From the NCBI GenBank assembly GCA_000934665.2, contig JYFJ02003970.1, forward strand, positions 1 to 36,079: a stretch of DNA of 36,079 nucleotides. Direction: 5' to 3'. Positions 21,400 to 33,834 of this stretch are shown here, one piece after another. This DNA is from Catajapyx aquilonaris (lineage: Eukaryota). Position 1 is the stretch's first letter. The number at the start of each line of letters is the position of its first letter. The translations under genes were made by a program, and so were the position numbers. The notes under the pieces are model-generated. The model made no database searches. It saw nothing but the letters and a program-made list of their open reading frames with translations, and was not told where the DNA came from.

Positions 21400-21880
21400 A
21401 TGCTGATCGTACCCTTCCTCGTTATCTGCATGCTGATTGCCAGCTTTGGGGACATTAGAGACACAAACGCCGCTGCCAATGAAGCGAACAAGCGCAGGTG
21501 AGCCGCCTGGTAGACTTTCTAATATCAGGTACGACTTACGGTTCTCGTGTTGCAGGTACTCGCTGCGGGAGGTGGTGGAACTGATGGAGCTAATGGATCT
21601 GATGAAGTACGACGCGTACCTGAGCCAGCGCCATCAGCTTCGGGGGCACCACCGGAAGGACCGGAGCCACCACCGTGACCATATCCCGGCCTGGCGGGAG
21701 TGGGGCCAGTGGTCGGCCTGGCACGAATGCAGCGTAACGTGCGGCACAGGGCAGCAGACTCGCTGGCGGCAGTGCCTCGGCCAGGGGTGCGAACCGGGCG
21801 AGCAGGAAGGTCAAGTCCAAACCTGCCAAGAATCAAACTGTACTGAGATGGAACCGTTCCTTGAGAACATAGCTCCGTAA
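21400..21880 (+). CDS. Small secreted protein with a single thrombospondin type-1 (TSP1) repeat, about 140 aa
   Basis: Exon 1 21400-21497 (ACCATG context; MLIVPFLVICMLIASFG signal-peptide-like), 58-nt GT-AG intron, exon 2 21556-21880 encoding WGQWSAWHECSVTCGTGQQTRWRQC...C...C...C (WxxWxxW, CSVTCG and RxRxC TSP1 signature). Confidence 0.85.
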
Positions 21881-23158
21881 TTTGACATTGCACAATTCAA
21901 TTAACCTGTCCATTGTTACGGGGGTAATGTAAAAAGTCGCAGTGACCACAATATGCAGTTCAGTTTATTGGTAGAAATTGGGCCAGCAGGGAAGTACACC
22001 AGCTGCAATTATACATTGTTGCACTTTTTTTTTTCGCAGCCCCATTGTTGCGGTTTGGGTATGAAAGAAGGGGAAGAGGGAGAGTCCCCCCGCTGGCCTG
22101 CCTTACATCTTGTTTTTGTTCAAAATACACCAACACATTTTCCAGCTTCCGCCCGATGGAGAGAGAAAAAGAAAATGAGATACAAAAATACTACCCTTAT
22201 CGAACCAACCTATTACAGTCTATCGTTATTACTTGCGTTGCCATTTATTTCATTGCACCCCCCCCTTCCCCTTACCCACAAATGAAAATAAAAAAAGAGA
22301 CAACAATATCCAAAACATTTCCCATTGCTGCGGGGCTGTCAGTTATTTGGGAGTCGAGGGAGGAGAAAAAAAAAGGTATTTGCGTACAAATAGTCGCTTA
22401 TCACAAAATACAAAAACCTGTCTCTGGTTTCATACTATTGTTTGTATTGTTTGCAAATGGTCCTCAATTTTTTTTAGAAATACAACAATTACATTTATCC
22501 TCCCCTTCCCACTCAACTCCCCCCCTAATTGAAGTACATTTTTAAAGTCTAAACTCGCTTAAAAAATAACACAACAAAAAAATAAAACAAATATATTTTT
22601 TTTCCCTATGCTCCGAGCACAGTGTCACTGTCGAGGTCACGTCGGACATTGTTGTAGTCACCACAAGAATGGACAGCGGCCGCGATTGTTAAATACTAAT
22701 AAATATTAATAAATATCAAGGGTTAAGTGTTACTACCAGACCCAGCGTGTCGAGGCGCATTGTACGAAGCGATTGCCACAGGTAGTCATCGCATCTTCTA
22801 ACCGGACGTACATGTCGGCTAACGTACGTAACGGGCACCGATTTATACGTGATATTTATATAGGCCAACTGTCGCTCTTGCCCTTCCCCGCGAACCCCAC
22901 GAGTGCATTACCTCAACAATGACAATGCGGGATAAATAATTAGTACCTCCACATTAGGAAATTAAAAACAGGTGGAAAAAAAAACAGGTTTTAGGATCAG
23001 ACTTGATTTGAGAACTTGCTACATTTTGTTTTTTTTCATCAAAGATCCCAGCCGATAAGGTTTTTAGTCCCTGTTTTTTTTTTTTTAGTTTGAAAACATT
23101 TTGTCAGTGCGAAATCTGGCTTATATGCGGCTTGTACGGAGGCGGTTCTGGTCGTACT

Positions 23159-26100
23159 TTAGCAGGCGGAATACCACCGCATGACGACGTACGCCCCTCC
23201 CCCGAGCAGCACAAGCCCCAGCCCAATGGTGAGCGGCTTGAAGAGTGATCGCCTCAACTGCCGCCACACCTCCGACTCCTGCTGCTTCTTCCGCATGCTG
23301 CGCACCTTCTCCGATATGCGGTCGATGTCCTCCTGTCGCTTTCGGCGGCGCAGATCGTGGCTGGAATTAAGCAGGATCGTTAGTTACGCTCAGTTGGTCC
23401 AAACGACGCAGATGCTTACTCATTGTCCGCATTGTTGTGCAGGCCTAGGGGCGGCTCAGAGGGTAGTGGCCTGTCCGGAGGGGCCGGGTCTTGGCCTGGA
23501 CACAGAGGTTGGTCCTCCTCCTCCTCCGGCGATCCGTCTGGCAAGCTTGGCAGCATCCTTACGCCGGTGAGCGACTCGTGCCTTGGAGGAGGTAAGGGCG
23601 GCGGCCCTCCCTCCGAGGACTGGTCTGAGTCGGACTCGCTCAGGTCCCCTCCCTCCAGGCTGTCTCCACTGCCTTCGTGGTGGTTGTTGACCACTGCGGC
23701 CACCGGAATGTCTTCGTCCTGTACGTTGGTGGCACAGGCCTTTTATCTACAGCACAGGCCAACACCGCCAACAAATTAAACACCCTAAAGTGTGGACGTG
23801 GTCGCGCCAAGGATGCAACGGGAAGGTTCAGGACAGATCATGGCCAACAAACTGGAGGAGATGTAATGAAAAGCAGCCAAGCGGTGCAGCTACGTAAAGT
23901 GACCAAAGGCGTTTCCCCAGCAAAGGTCCGACTGTCAGCTTGCATCCATGGTAGCGGAAATGTAATTGTTCCCATTACGGCCGTTGGTCTCTTTATAGCA
24001 GCCAGTGTTTGACATCCGTTACTCACCTCCGAATGCGTCGAGAGGAACTTGGCCCCTTCGATAATGGCCTGGTAGGAGAATCGGAGCTGGTCTGGCGTCT
24101 GGATGAGTCCCATTCGGAAGCGACGCATCTCCAGCAGAACTTCCTTCACGTCCACCGGCTCGTTCTCGCTCTCGTCAATCTGAAACAACGGTAACGTTCA
24201 AAATAGCTGCAACGTCCCACCGAGACGCAATGTCGCTCACCAGCACGAGGCATGAGTCGACAAGGCAGAATGTTCCAGATCTTCCGATCCCGGCTGAGCA
24301 GTGTACCACAGGCGGCCCCACATTCTGGTTGAGAGCCCCTGATCTCCTGACGTGCAGTAGGAAGTTGAGGAAGGCCGTCGGGGACTGGGGCACCCCGAAG
24401 TCGGGCCATGTGGTGTAGTGGAAGTGTAGCACCTCCCGACTCTCGCCGGTCCTCAGTCGGGTCAGGCGCAAGGTACGGAGGGCGTAACCTGCGCAGGAAC
24501 TGCCCTTCTCCTGGTCGGGAAGGGTCTCGACACGGAAGCCTACGTCGTCCAGGTCCAGGGGCTCTCCGCCCAGGGGCCAATACTGGTGGCACTTGACCTG
24601 GTTCTTCTCAATGACCCGGTTCAGCATGAGGACCGCACGGCAGTTCTGCTCCCACACCATGAGCCAGAAGTGGCCCGTGGTGTGGGGAAGCGGGCCCTGA
24701 GTCAGGATGTACTTCCTGTGAGCCTTCTCCATCTGCAAAAGAGGTTCGCGCAGTTTTAGCGCATGCAATGACTCATATGCGGTAACATCTGCAAGTATCA
24801 CGTTGCATGAAGAGTGCAAGGCCAGTATTTTGACAAAAGCACGTCTGGCAGTACTACAAGTTGCTACTATCTGCAAACCCCTGTAAATCCAAAGGGTACA
24901 ACAACAGTAATGCATGTACGCCTCTACAGAGACGTTGAAATGATGCCAGCTTCGATAAAAAAGACATGACATCATCCGAAAGCCGTTTACATCACTATCG
25001 ATGTCTACGCGAATTAGTCACTTGCTTTACGACAAAAACAAACTTTTCAGGAAAAAACCTGCTTTGTTTCTTGTTTAACATGCCAAAATTGACATATTCA
25101 GAGAAAACATGTCCAATCAAGTTTTTGCTTGGTATTTCAGAAGAATTAAATTCGCATATTTCTGCCACGTAAAACAAACAGGTTCAACGTAAACAATTTT
25201 CCCGGAATGAGGTGACCTTCCTGCAAACAAGTTATACTACGATTGCATGTTGACCGAGACCACATGCCTATTTCGCCCCCTTCTGAACTAATTGTGACAC
25301 TTGCTGCCTACGGAAGAATAATTCAAACTCTTCTAAATAATTTTGCTGTTTCCTGCTCGCACTTGGAGTCCTTGCAAAACATGCCTGGGGTGGGCGGATC
25401 TAGTTCCCCTCTCACGTGGAGCTATATTTGGAAAAAAATGCAACATGCAAACTACAATTGAAGCCACGTGACCTTGGACGCAGCAATGTACGGAATGCGG
25501 CCGGAAACGCATCCCCACCGAAAAGCGTCGCGCACCTTCACATTTAAATTTATTCAGGTTGATGTACAAACAGACGTACTCACTTCTTAACCCAAACAAG
25601 CACGAATTACTTTTATCCCTAATTTTTTAAAATACTCTTATTTTTACGAGCAAATGGAAAACTAATACAAGCACTAAATATCTCATAAATAATTACAACC
25701 AACAAAGGCATCTAATAACTAATACCATATCACACAGTGATATCTAATAAAGATAATATCTAATAACTAATAATTTTTCATGCCATGAGCCCCAAATGTA
25801 ACACAATACAACATATAATATACTTTATCATAAATGCAATATCTAATTTACCTAATAACTAATAAAAGTAATATCCAAAGTGCCTAATAACTAATAAAAG
25901 TAATGTATTTTATATTTTAAATACCCCATGATGAGCTCATAAACAAATGTAATATCCAATCCAATATTTAATAAGTAATAACTAATAAATGTAATATTTA
26001 ACTAGTAAACTAATAAAATGTAATATTAATGAGTAATAACTACTAAATGTAATATTCAATGAGTAATAACTACTAAATGTAATATTCAATGAGTAATAAC

Positions 26101-26916
26101 TACTAAATGTAATATTCAATGAGTAACAACTAATAAATGTACTACCTAATATGACTAACAGATGTAATGAGTAATAACTAATAAATGTACTATCTAATAT
26201 GACTAGATGTAATGAGTAATAACTGATATGAGTAATAACTGATATGAGTAATAACCAATAAATATAATCATATGACTGATAGATGTAATGAGTAATAAAT
26301 GTAATATCCAGTGACGAATAAATCTAATATGTAATACATCAAATAACTAATAAATTTTAAATATTGAATATCTCATAACAAACAAAAAATGTGGGTTAAA
26401 ACAGACTTAAATTCTTATGAAATGCGCATTGACGTAATCCTGTAATTGCAATATTTCATTTTTGCAGTTGAAACTGGCCCCAACTTGCACAACATTCCCA
26501 CAAGTTTAAGTATGAGCTCTTGAAAGGAGTGTCAATATGGTTCGGACAGCATTTCCCTAACCAACCAACGACCGACTGACCTGAATGAGACTGGCGTTGA
26601 TGTAGTCGCAGCTTCCCTCCCCGAGCACGACCCGGCTGTGGTCGTAGGGGCTGACATCCCTGTACCTGTTCAGGTTCTTGTTCTGCGTCTTCCTGGCTTC
26701 GTTGACGCAGTACTCGTACTTCAGGCACTGGTTCCGAATTTGCTGTGAAATGAAGGGGGAACATGTCAAGTCCTATCCGAACGTGTCTGTTCCAACCTAA
26801 GGGTTATTCCTCCTCCTCACCTGGTACAAGACGGGCCACTTTGAGCCGGAGTCAATCTCCTTAAACTCCGACTCGATCCCGGATATGTTGTCCGGAACAT
26901 CCTGCGACCCCTCCAT
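23159..26916 (-). CDS. Ptp61F: Non-receptor protein tyrosine phosphatase, PTP1B/TC-PTP (PTPN1/PTPN2) family, Ptp61F-like, with C-terminal membrane anchor, about 470 aa
   Basis: Exons 26916-26821, 26742-26581, 24732-24241, 24179-24027, about 23739-23420 (acceptor uncertain), 23360-23159. Motifs [48 protein letters not shown], proline-rich PPPLPPPR, basic RRRKR and hydrophobic tail [18 protein letters not shown]. Confidence 0.95.
25700..26360. repeat. AT-rich intronic minisatellite (about 30-bp core TAATAACTA(C/A)TAAATGTAATATTCAATGAG)
   Basis: Near-perfect 30-bp copies at 26030-26140 with degenerate flanks, in PTP intron 2. Confidence 0.85.
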
Positions 26917-27189
26917 CTCCTTCAGGACCCCTATTTTTTTTAAATCCCTCAGGACGTCTTCCCCTCTAGTGTTCCTTTTTCTCTCTCTCCCTCTCTCCCA
27001 CTCCCCTCTTTTCTTTTGTCCCTTTCTTCGGCCCCTCTCTCGCCCCTGGTCAATTCCGGCCCGGGTGTGGGTACCCAACAGATGCTGCCGAATCTCCTGC
27101 GTCTGATCCGGCCGATCAGGACCGTGCGGAACGGGCTTCTGCCGGTGAAAATCGGCCGGAAAGGAACGAAAAATCGGCCCGGAACCAAA

Positions 27190-27340
27190 CGGCCGCCATC
27201 TTGGTTTCAAGCCCGTGCATTCCACGGATTTGAACCGTCAAGTGTGCGCACTGCGCATGCGCTGTAACTACCTGAGTGCGCATGCGTTCATACACGTACC
27301 GGGTGGTTGAATCTGAAAATTATCGGGCAACATGGCGGCC
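27190..27340. promoter_or_regulatory. Bidirectional promoter between the PTP gene and TMEM70
   Basis: Divergent start codons are 415 nt apart. Central NRF-1/Ewg-type palindromes (TGCGCATGCGC near 27252, TGCGCATGCGT near 27277) are flanked by outward-facing YY1-type motifs (GCCGCCATCTTG near 27192; AACATGGCGGC at 27329, overlapping the TMEM70 ATG). Confidence 0.75.
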
Positions 27341-28018
27341 TCCTGTGTTTTGCCAAAAGTGTGCGATTTTGGCCGGATTTTTTGGCTTAAATCTGCGAAA
27401 ATGGGCACGTTTTTGCGTTTTGCCAGGCCGTGCACATGCAGCGCGGCAAGGTCCTTCAGCAGCAGGCCGGTTGGGGCAGATCGCCCCGAGGCGGTCATCT
27501 ACCGTGGGCCAATATCAGGCCAAATCCGACTGGTCAAGATGTTTTCTCTGAGCAGCAGCGTGGCCGGACTTGCCCTTCAGCCGTACCTGTACCACCATGC
27601 GTCCACCGCTGGGATTGGAGTGGCCATGGCCCTAGGCGGAGTGGTCGGGTTCTTCACGTTCGTCACACCCTTGCTGCTGCACTGGATCACCAAGAAGTAC
27701 GTGCACGTCATGACGTACAAGGAAAGCAGCGGGACGTACACCGCAAACGTACTCACATTCTTCATGAGGAACAGAAAGGTCGGTGCATTTCAGCCGTAGC
27801 GTAAACAGCGCAATAACATACATGCACCGCAGATTAGCTTCCAGAGGGACGACGTTACAATCCCGGAGATTCCAGGCATGTTCACCACGTTCGTCGCGAA
27901 AGGACAACCGCTGTTCGTCGACTCCCGAGCCTTCGAAGACCTGGACCACTACGGGAGGCTGATGGGATACGACAAGCCAATCGACCTGAAGCTGGGAACC
28001 CCCGACAAGAAGATGTAA
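27332..28018 (+). CDS. TMEM70: Transmembrane protein 70, mitochondrial ATP synthase assembly factor, 210 aa
   Basis: Exons 27332-27778 and 27833-28018 in frame. Basic presequence-like N-terminus, IYRGP..QIRLVKMFSLSSS, TPLLLHWITKKYV and MFTTF...PLFVD...HYGRLMGYDK motifs. AATAAA at 28041. Confidence 0.93.
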
Positions 28019-28595
28019 ATTAAAAAAAAGACCCGTAGCAAATAAAGCCCGATTGTTGAAACATCACATGTTTTTTTAATTCTCAGGATAAGACAAGCGT
28101 CTCTCAGCATGAATTATTCCAACGTACATAGGGGGGGGAAAGGAGTGCTACCTACACTTAGTATGGAAGCACCCAAGAGTCATGGTAAGACTAGGTTCAA
28201 AAAATTGGGGAGTACAGATCACAGATCCAGGTAACCCACGAAGGAAAAAAAAAAGTGCGACATCGCAGAACATACCGCCGTGAATTTCCGGCCAATTAAT
28301 ACAGTACTTGGGTTCATGGCCACAACCGCACACACACACTAGACTACGACAGGTCATTACCTGCACTTGGACGTTTGTACAGTGCAACTCGCTACACTAA
28401 TACGGTCTCTCCCCCGACAAAATGTGACAATTCACTGGTGATTGACCTTTCTGAGCCGTAAAATTCACGGCGGATGTTCTACAACTCCACACATATAACA
28501 AACTTTGTAAAATTGGGGGACTCTTTAAGCGTAACGTGCTGGGGAAAGGAAAAGGGGGGGATGAACACCCACTGATGGTTTTTCTTCTTGTGTTT

Positions 28596-31500
28596 TTACG
28601 CAGGGAGAAGGTCGAAGTCGTCGCTGACGTGCACCATCGGAACGTGCAGGTCATCTATCTGTGGCTTCGCTTTGGGTTCGCATAGGCCGACTTCCTTCAG
28701 CTTCCACTCCCAATCCATCCTCTGGACCGCATGAAGAGACTCGGCCTCGTTATGGTGACGAAGCAGCATCGCCTCCTGGAACGTAACGTGCAATTATCCG
28801 CACCGGACAAGCAAATTGCGCTGTACTACCTTAATCTTCTCCCATTTGTCGTCAACGTCCTGCAACCAGCTTAGGAAGAGCCGGCCGTTGTATCTCGACC
28901 TGGCGTTCCTGTCCTTTTCCTCCTGCTCCGGAGTCAGCAAACTGTAGACCTCCGCGTCCCTCAGGATCGTGCAGACCGAGAAAGGAAGAGCCTGGTTGGC
29001 CAGGGCTCGGGCAGCCCTCCCGTGCACCCTCAGGATCTCCTGCTCCACCGCCAGAACCAGCTTCTCCTTCTCTATGAGATGCTGCATCCGGAGCTTGTAC
29101 CTCTCCTTCTCCTGCTCCATGAACAGGTCCTTGATCGGAGCATTGGCAGGGAGAGACTGCGGAGGGGAGATGAGCGGGACAGACAGGCGGGAAGCTGCGT
29201 TTCCGGCCAGAACGTACGAGCATCTGTTCATCAGGTAGTCCTTGAAGCCCTGAGGCGGCTTGGGCTGAACAGGGAACAGACTCTTGCGACGACGATCAAT
29301 CTGCAATGGCATCAGATTATTTGGGCTCAATTCCCGTCATTCTGATTACTGACCTGTTTGCGTATGTTCCTGTAGGTCTCGTAGCAGTTGAGAACCGGCT
29401 GCTCGTGCGGATGCGGCATTGCCCCTTGACCCGACCCCGAGCTGCCGTCGCCTCCGTCCGATGAATCCTTGGGCTTCATCTTCCGTTTCCTCGGGTGAAC
29501 TTCGACCGGAACTTCCTCCGACCTCTCCTCCGACTTTGGCTGCCCCGCTCCTGCTACCTGCCCAGCCTCAGCTCCACCGGATGGGTTTCCCGAGGGTGCT
29601 GGATTCCCAGACGAACTGTTGTTCCCAGATCCAGACCCGGATGAATCCCTGGAAGTGTCGGCCATTGGGGGCGAACCCTGCTGGGCCAACCTGTGCGTGC
29701 TGCGGGTCACCCTCTGGGCTCTCTCTGGCTCATTGTTGTCGCCATTGTTAGACGCAGGGGGCGACCCTTCTTTGTCGCCATCCCCTGATGCAACGACGTA
29801 CGGCAGGGCTTGGCCGCGGGCTGCCCCGTTCTTGCCGCCTCCTCGCTGCTCCTGCTCCTGCTGCGGGATCACAATCTTCAGTGGTGGGACTTTGGGACGA
29901 TCATCATCGCTCTCGTCGCCACCTGGGGCTGCCCTGGGGCTACCTCCAGGGCTGCGGCGCTGCTCTGATGACGCCCCTTGCGCTGACGGGAGGCTTGGAG
30001 GCGGCGGTGTGGACTTGGCCGATTTGGCTGCTCCCGGGCTACCAGCCGCCGAACCCTTGGACTTATCCGGTCCACCTCTTGGCCCTGCTCTAGCTCCGTT
30101 TTTGGAGTCGCCCTTTGCCTTCTTGCGCTTCGGGTCATCGTGCGCTTCGTCATCCTCATCGCCTTCTTGATGCCCACGCTTGGTCCCGCTTGCGGTTGAC
30201 GTCGTCGATGACGCTGGGCTTGGAGCCATTGAGCCTGCATTTGCAGACAAGGTGGGCGGCTCTTCGCCTGCATCCTTTGGGGCCGATTTGTCAGTGGAAG
30301 GGTTGGCTTCGGCGTCTTTACTAGGTGCAGCTTCCTCTCCGTCCGTACCGCCTGAAGCCGCAGCCCCATCACCGCCGTCGGTCGGCACAAATGCGGTCGA
30401 TTCCTTTCCGCTCTCCTCCTCACCGCCTGTAAAATGCACACTATTATTGCACAAATTCATTATGCGCAACCGAGGCTTGACAAACCTCCAGGGTTTCCAG
30501 GAGCCACGGTAGCGGACGATGCGGCTGGTGACCCCTCGACGCTCATGCTTCCAAACTGCGGTGAACTGGCAGCTGATGCGGATGACCCGGTGGCTGAACT
30601 TGCGGACGCTGCAGGCGACGGCTCAGCTGCCCTGGACGACGAGGCACCTCCTCGTCCCCTGTCACCATCACGGCCTTTGACCGGGTGTAGACGAAGGGTC
30701 AGCCTCGGTGACCCAGGCTTCTCCACAGACACTGCAACACAATATATTTGTCAGAAATCAAGTCACACCATTATGAACAAGGGATTCCCTTTTGAAGGTC
30801 ATCCAGTTCCAAGCCACTTTGAGAAGCCAATGCCTCCTGCCCTACCAGATGACCTTCCACCAGAGCATTAAGCTGTTTTATAACATACCCACACAAGCTA
30901 CAGACGTGGCTGAAAATCGTACAAGTCATGTTACAGCGAATGTTGCTGGGGTCGACAATTTTTCGAGAGTGACGTCATCGGGGTAAATAACACTGCCACG
31001 TGATACATTTTTTTTTGGCAGATACGAAACGCGCAGGATCCGATGACGTCACTTTTTTGCCACCCCCCTCTAAACTTCTCAACACGTGACTTTTATCGAG
31101 TTAAAACACCCACCTCTTTGATATCACTAGTGACACCGATCTCGTAGGCTTCTCAAGTGCTTATTTTCGAGTTTCTGTCTCGGGGCGGTGGCCACTACAA
31201 CAACCCCCCCTCCTCCTCAGGTATATTATGGAGAGGGTGGGTGGGGGTTGAAGGGTCTAGTAGAGGATGGGGAGAGCCAGAGAGAGAGAGCCAACCAAAC
31301 CCCCCACTCCGAGGGCGCCACCCCACAGTTCCAAACATGCAACGCCTCCAAAACCCCCTCCTGCCTGAGCACTACCCCCATCTGCCCTCATACACGTCAC
31401 CAAAAATGTACAGTCATCACCCTTCGAAATATTCAGGACAAGAGTCTTTGGGACTCAGATCGAAACAGCGTGGCTTCATCAGGAAAGGGTGCTTCACCAG

Positions 31501-33834
31501 GAAAGAGCCGCCATTTCCTGATGAAGCGCTTTATCGAGAAAGAGCGCCTCATCAGGAAAGAGCGCCTCATCAGGAAGGAGCCGTTCTTTCCTGATGAAGC
31601 GCTTTATCAGGAAGGAGCGCCTCATCAGGAAAGAGCCGCTATTTCCTGATGAAGCGCTTCATCAGGAAATGGCGCTTCATCAGGAAAGAGCGCTTCATCA
31701 GGAAATGGCGCTTCATCAGGAAAGAGCGCCTCATGAGGAAAGAGCCGCTCTTTCCTGATGAAGAAGTGCGCTCCATTTATTGCCATGTGCGTCTGATAAC
31801 ACGCTTCAATAAAAATATTTAAAAAAAAAAACTCAATTTGTCCTCTGCATGAAACTTTTTCCAGAGGTCATACACGTGTCAACAGCTCTTCTGCAAAAGC
31901 GCCTTTCCACAATGATGCCATTAATCTCGAGTCCTATATTTGGTGCGTCTCCCTGAGAAACAGTTGCTATGGGCTACCTGATGTGGACCGTGTGGGAGGG
32001 GGAGGGGGTCCATTTGCGTCACTTTGTGTCGAACTCATTTCCCCAGCAGTATTATCGAGGCTGGGGTTACGCACATGAAAAATCAAAGCAATAATCATAT
32101 GTGCAGAGAATGCTTGCGGAATGATCAACTTCTTAAAAGTCTATTTCTGGGTGTGAAACCTTGGCAACATGTGGGTGAACATTCCCAGACCTCCATTCCT
32201 CCCTTTTGTAAACAGCCAATATGCTGCATGTTGAACTGGTGTCGCCACGAGACGATGGAGGCGAAAAGAGCGAATCGAAATATTTCTGAGGAGCAAATTC
32301 GCTCTTTTCGCATCCATCGTCTCCTGGCGCCACCAGTACGACACCGTTAATGCTACAATTATTTTTTTTCCATGAGGTTGGCAGCCGTGCATCCCCCAAG
32401 CCCCCTCCAATTTCCTCCCAGGCTTTTGTCCCCAGCGATAAGAGCATTGATGCCACGTTTCTCTCCCCCAAGTGAGTGGGCACACTCTTCTTCTCAAACC
32501 AAAGCCCCCCCACAACATGCCTGAGCCAAAGTAAAGCTTCTTCCCGGCCAAGGTCACCCGGTTTCCAGACAGAAAAACCCGGTGACCACGGTCACGAGAG
32601 AGAAACATTTCACTTCCCCAATAAAAAGCAATAGCCATTGATAATAAACAGCTTCAAAAAAAAAAAAAAATGTTGCAATGACCTGTCCCTTTTAAAAATC
32701 TGCAACAATCTGTGAATTAATTAGAAATATTATGAGCTTACAGTTAGGTGGTTCTTTCGCTAACAACCAAGAGTGTCCTTCGAAGTGTTTGGCCTAGCTA
32801 TGGAGACACATATTGAACTGCACTATTGGTCAATATCATAGTAGGTTCCTTTCTTTGAAAATCATTGCCTGAAGGCCACTCCCATGCTGAAGGAATGCGA
32901 CACAAAACGGAAGTAGCTACAGATACTTATCTGGTATAAAAACAGCTGGCCGTTATCATACTAAATGTGTCCCCATCCTACTAGAGGGGGTCATGACCTC
33001 CACAAGGCAAATCATGGAAGCTGGCAAATAAGGCACTTCCCTTATCCTCTCAAAAAAAAATGGGGGCCAACATATTATGACACTTTCCTAATAATGTGAC
33101 CAACAATTTAAACATTTCAACGCGATGAATTTGACAAAACAAATTAACATGTATACTTTAAGCTTGAGAAATTGATGCGCAGTGCAATAATTGCCGGAAA
33201 TTGCACAAATTTTGAGGCCGTTCCCATCCAGGTCACTTTTAGCGAAATTTTGGAATGCCGTTCATACCGCTGCTGCTTTTTTTTACATAATGTTTCCTCT
33301 TACACCAAAGATTATCCGGGCCAAAGGACTTGGCAGAAAAAAACCAAACAAAAGCTTACAACATAACTTATACGAAGCCATTCATAATCAGCTGTTATAT
33401 AAAAAGGAAAAGAATTCAAGAAATAATACAGTCTGGACACATATAGGTACATTATATTGTTGGCCTATGTTTGGCCTATGTGTCCAGACTAATCTTTAGG
33501 TTTATAGAGTCACTCCAAATTAATATGCTCTTCCTGCATTATTTATTTTGCTCGTCGACACTGCATAATTCGAATGAAAATATCAAGGGCGTGTCATTCT
33601 GCAAATATAGTGAATCATAGTTTTGTCAAGACTTGTCACAATTTCTAGGAGGTGACAACGGCGACTCACCCTTGTTGTGCGGAGGTGTCTTTCTCATGTC
33701 CACTGTTGTTGGGTCCTTGTTTCGGACGCTGCGAGTTGGAGCTGCAGCTGTTGTTGTCGTCGCTGGTTGTTGTTGTTGCTGCTGCTGTCTGTGACTGACT
33801 CTAGGACTCAGTAGTTGACGCCCTTTCTTCTCCT
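28596..33834 (-). CDS. ANKRD11/ANKRD12-family nuclear coregulator, 3' portion (5' exons not found, probably beyond the window)
   Basis: Exons 33834-33670, 30731-30486, 30426-29354, 29300-28830, 28775-28596 have matching phases. C-terminus QPKPPQGFKDYL...EKLVLAVEQEILRVHGRAARALANQALPFSVCTIL...RYNGRLFLSWLQDVDDKWEKIKEAMLLRHHNEAESLHAVQRMDWEWKL...VPMVHVSDDFDLLPA* matches the conserved ANKRD11/12 tail; KVPPLKI and HPRKRK motifs upstream. Confidence 0.9.
31474..31762. repeat. Mixed-orientation 18-bp satellite (TCATCAGGAAAGAGCGC) in an ANKRD intron
   Basis: Forward CATCAGGAA and reverse TTCCTGATG units are interspersed; perfect 30-bp palindrome at 31641-31670. Confidence 0.9.
32235..32337. repeat. 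Long intronic hairpin (MITE-like)
   Basis: ACTGGTGTCGCCACGAGACGATGGAGGCGAAAAGAGCGAAT pairs with ATTCGCTCTTTTCGCATCCATCGTCTCCTGGCGCCACCAGT (3 mismatches, 21-nt loop). Confidence 0.85.

Noticed and set aside
19872..30871. Long antisense or alternative-frame ORFs (e.g. 19872-20396, 20296-20826, 23181-23570, 29619-30170, 29878-30441)
   Set aside because: Shadows of GC-rich coding exons of the identified genes.
31157..31649. 145-aa and 153-aa ORFs in the ANKRD intron
   Set aside because: Largely translations of the 18-bp satellite and low-complexity sequence.
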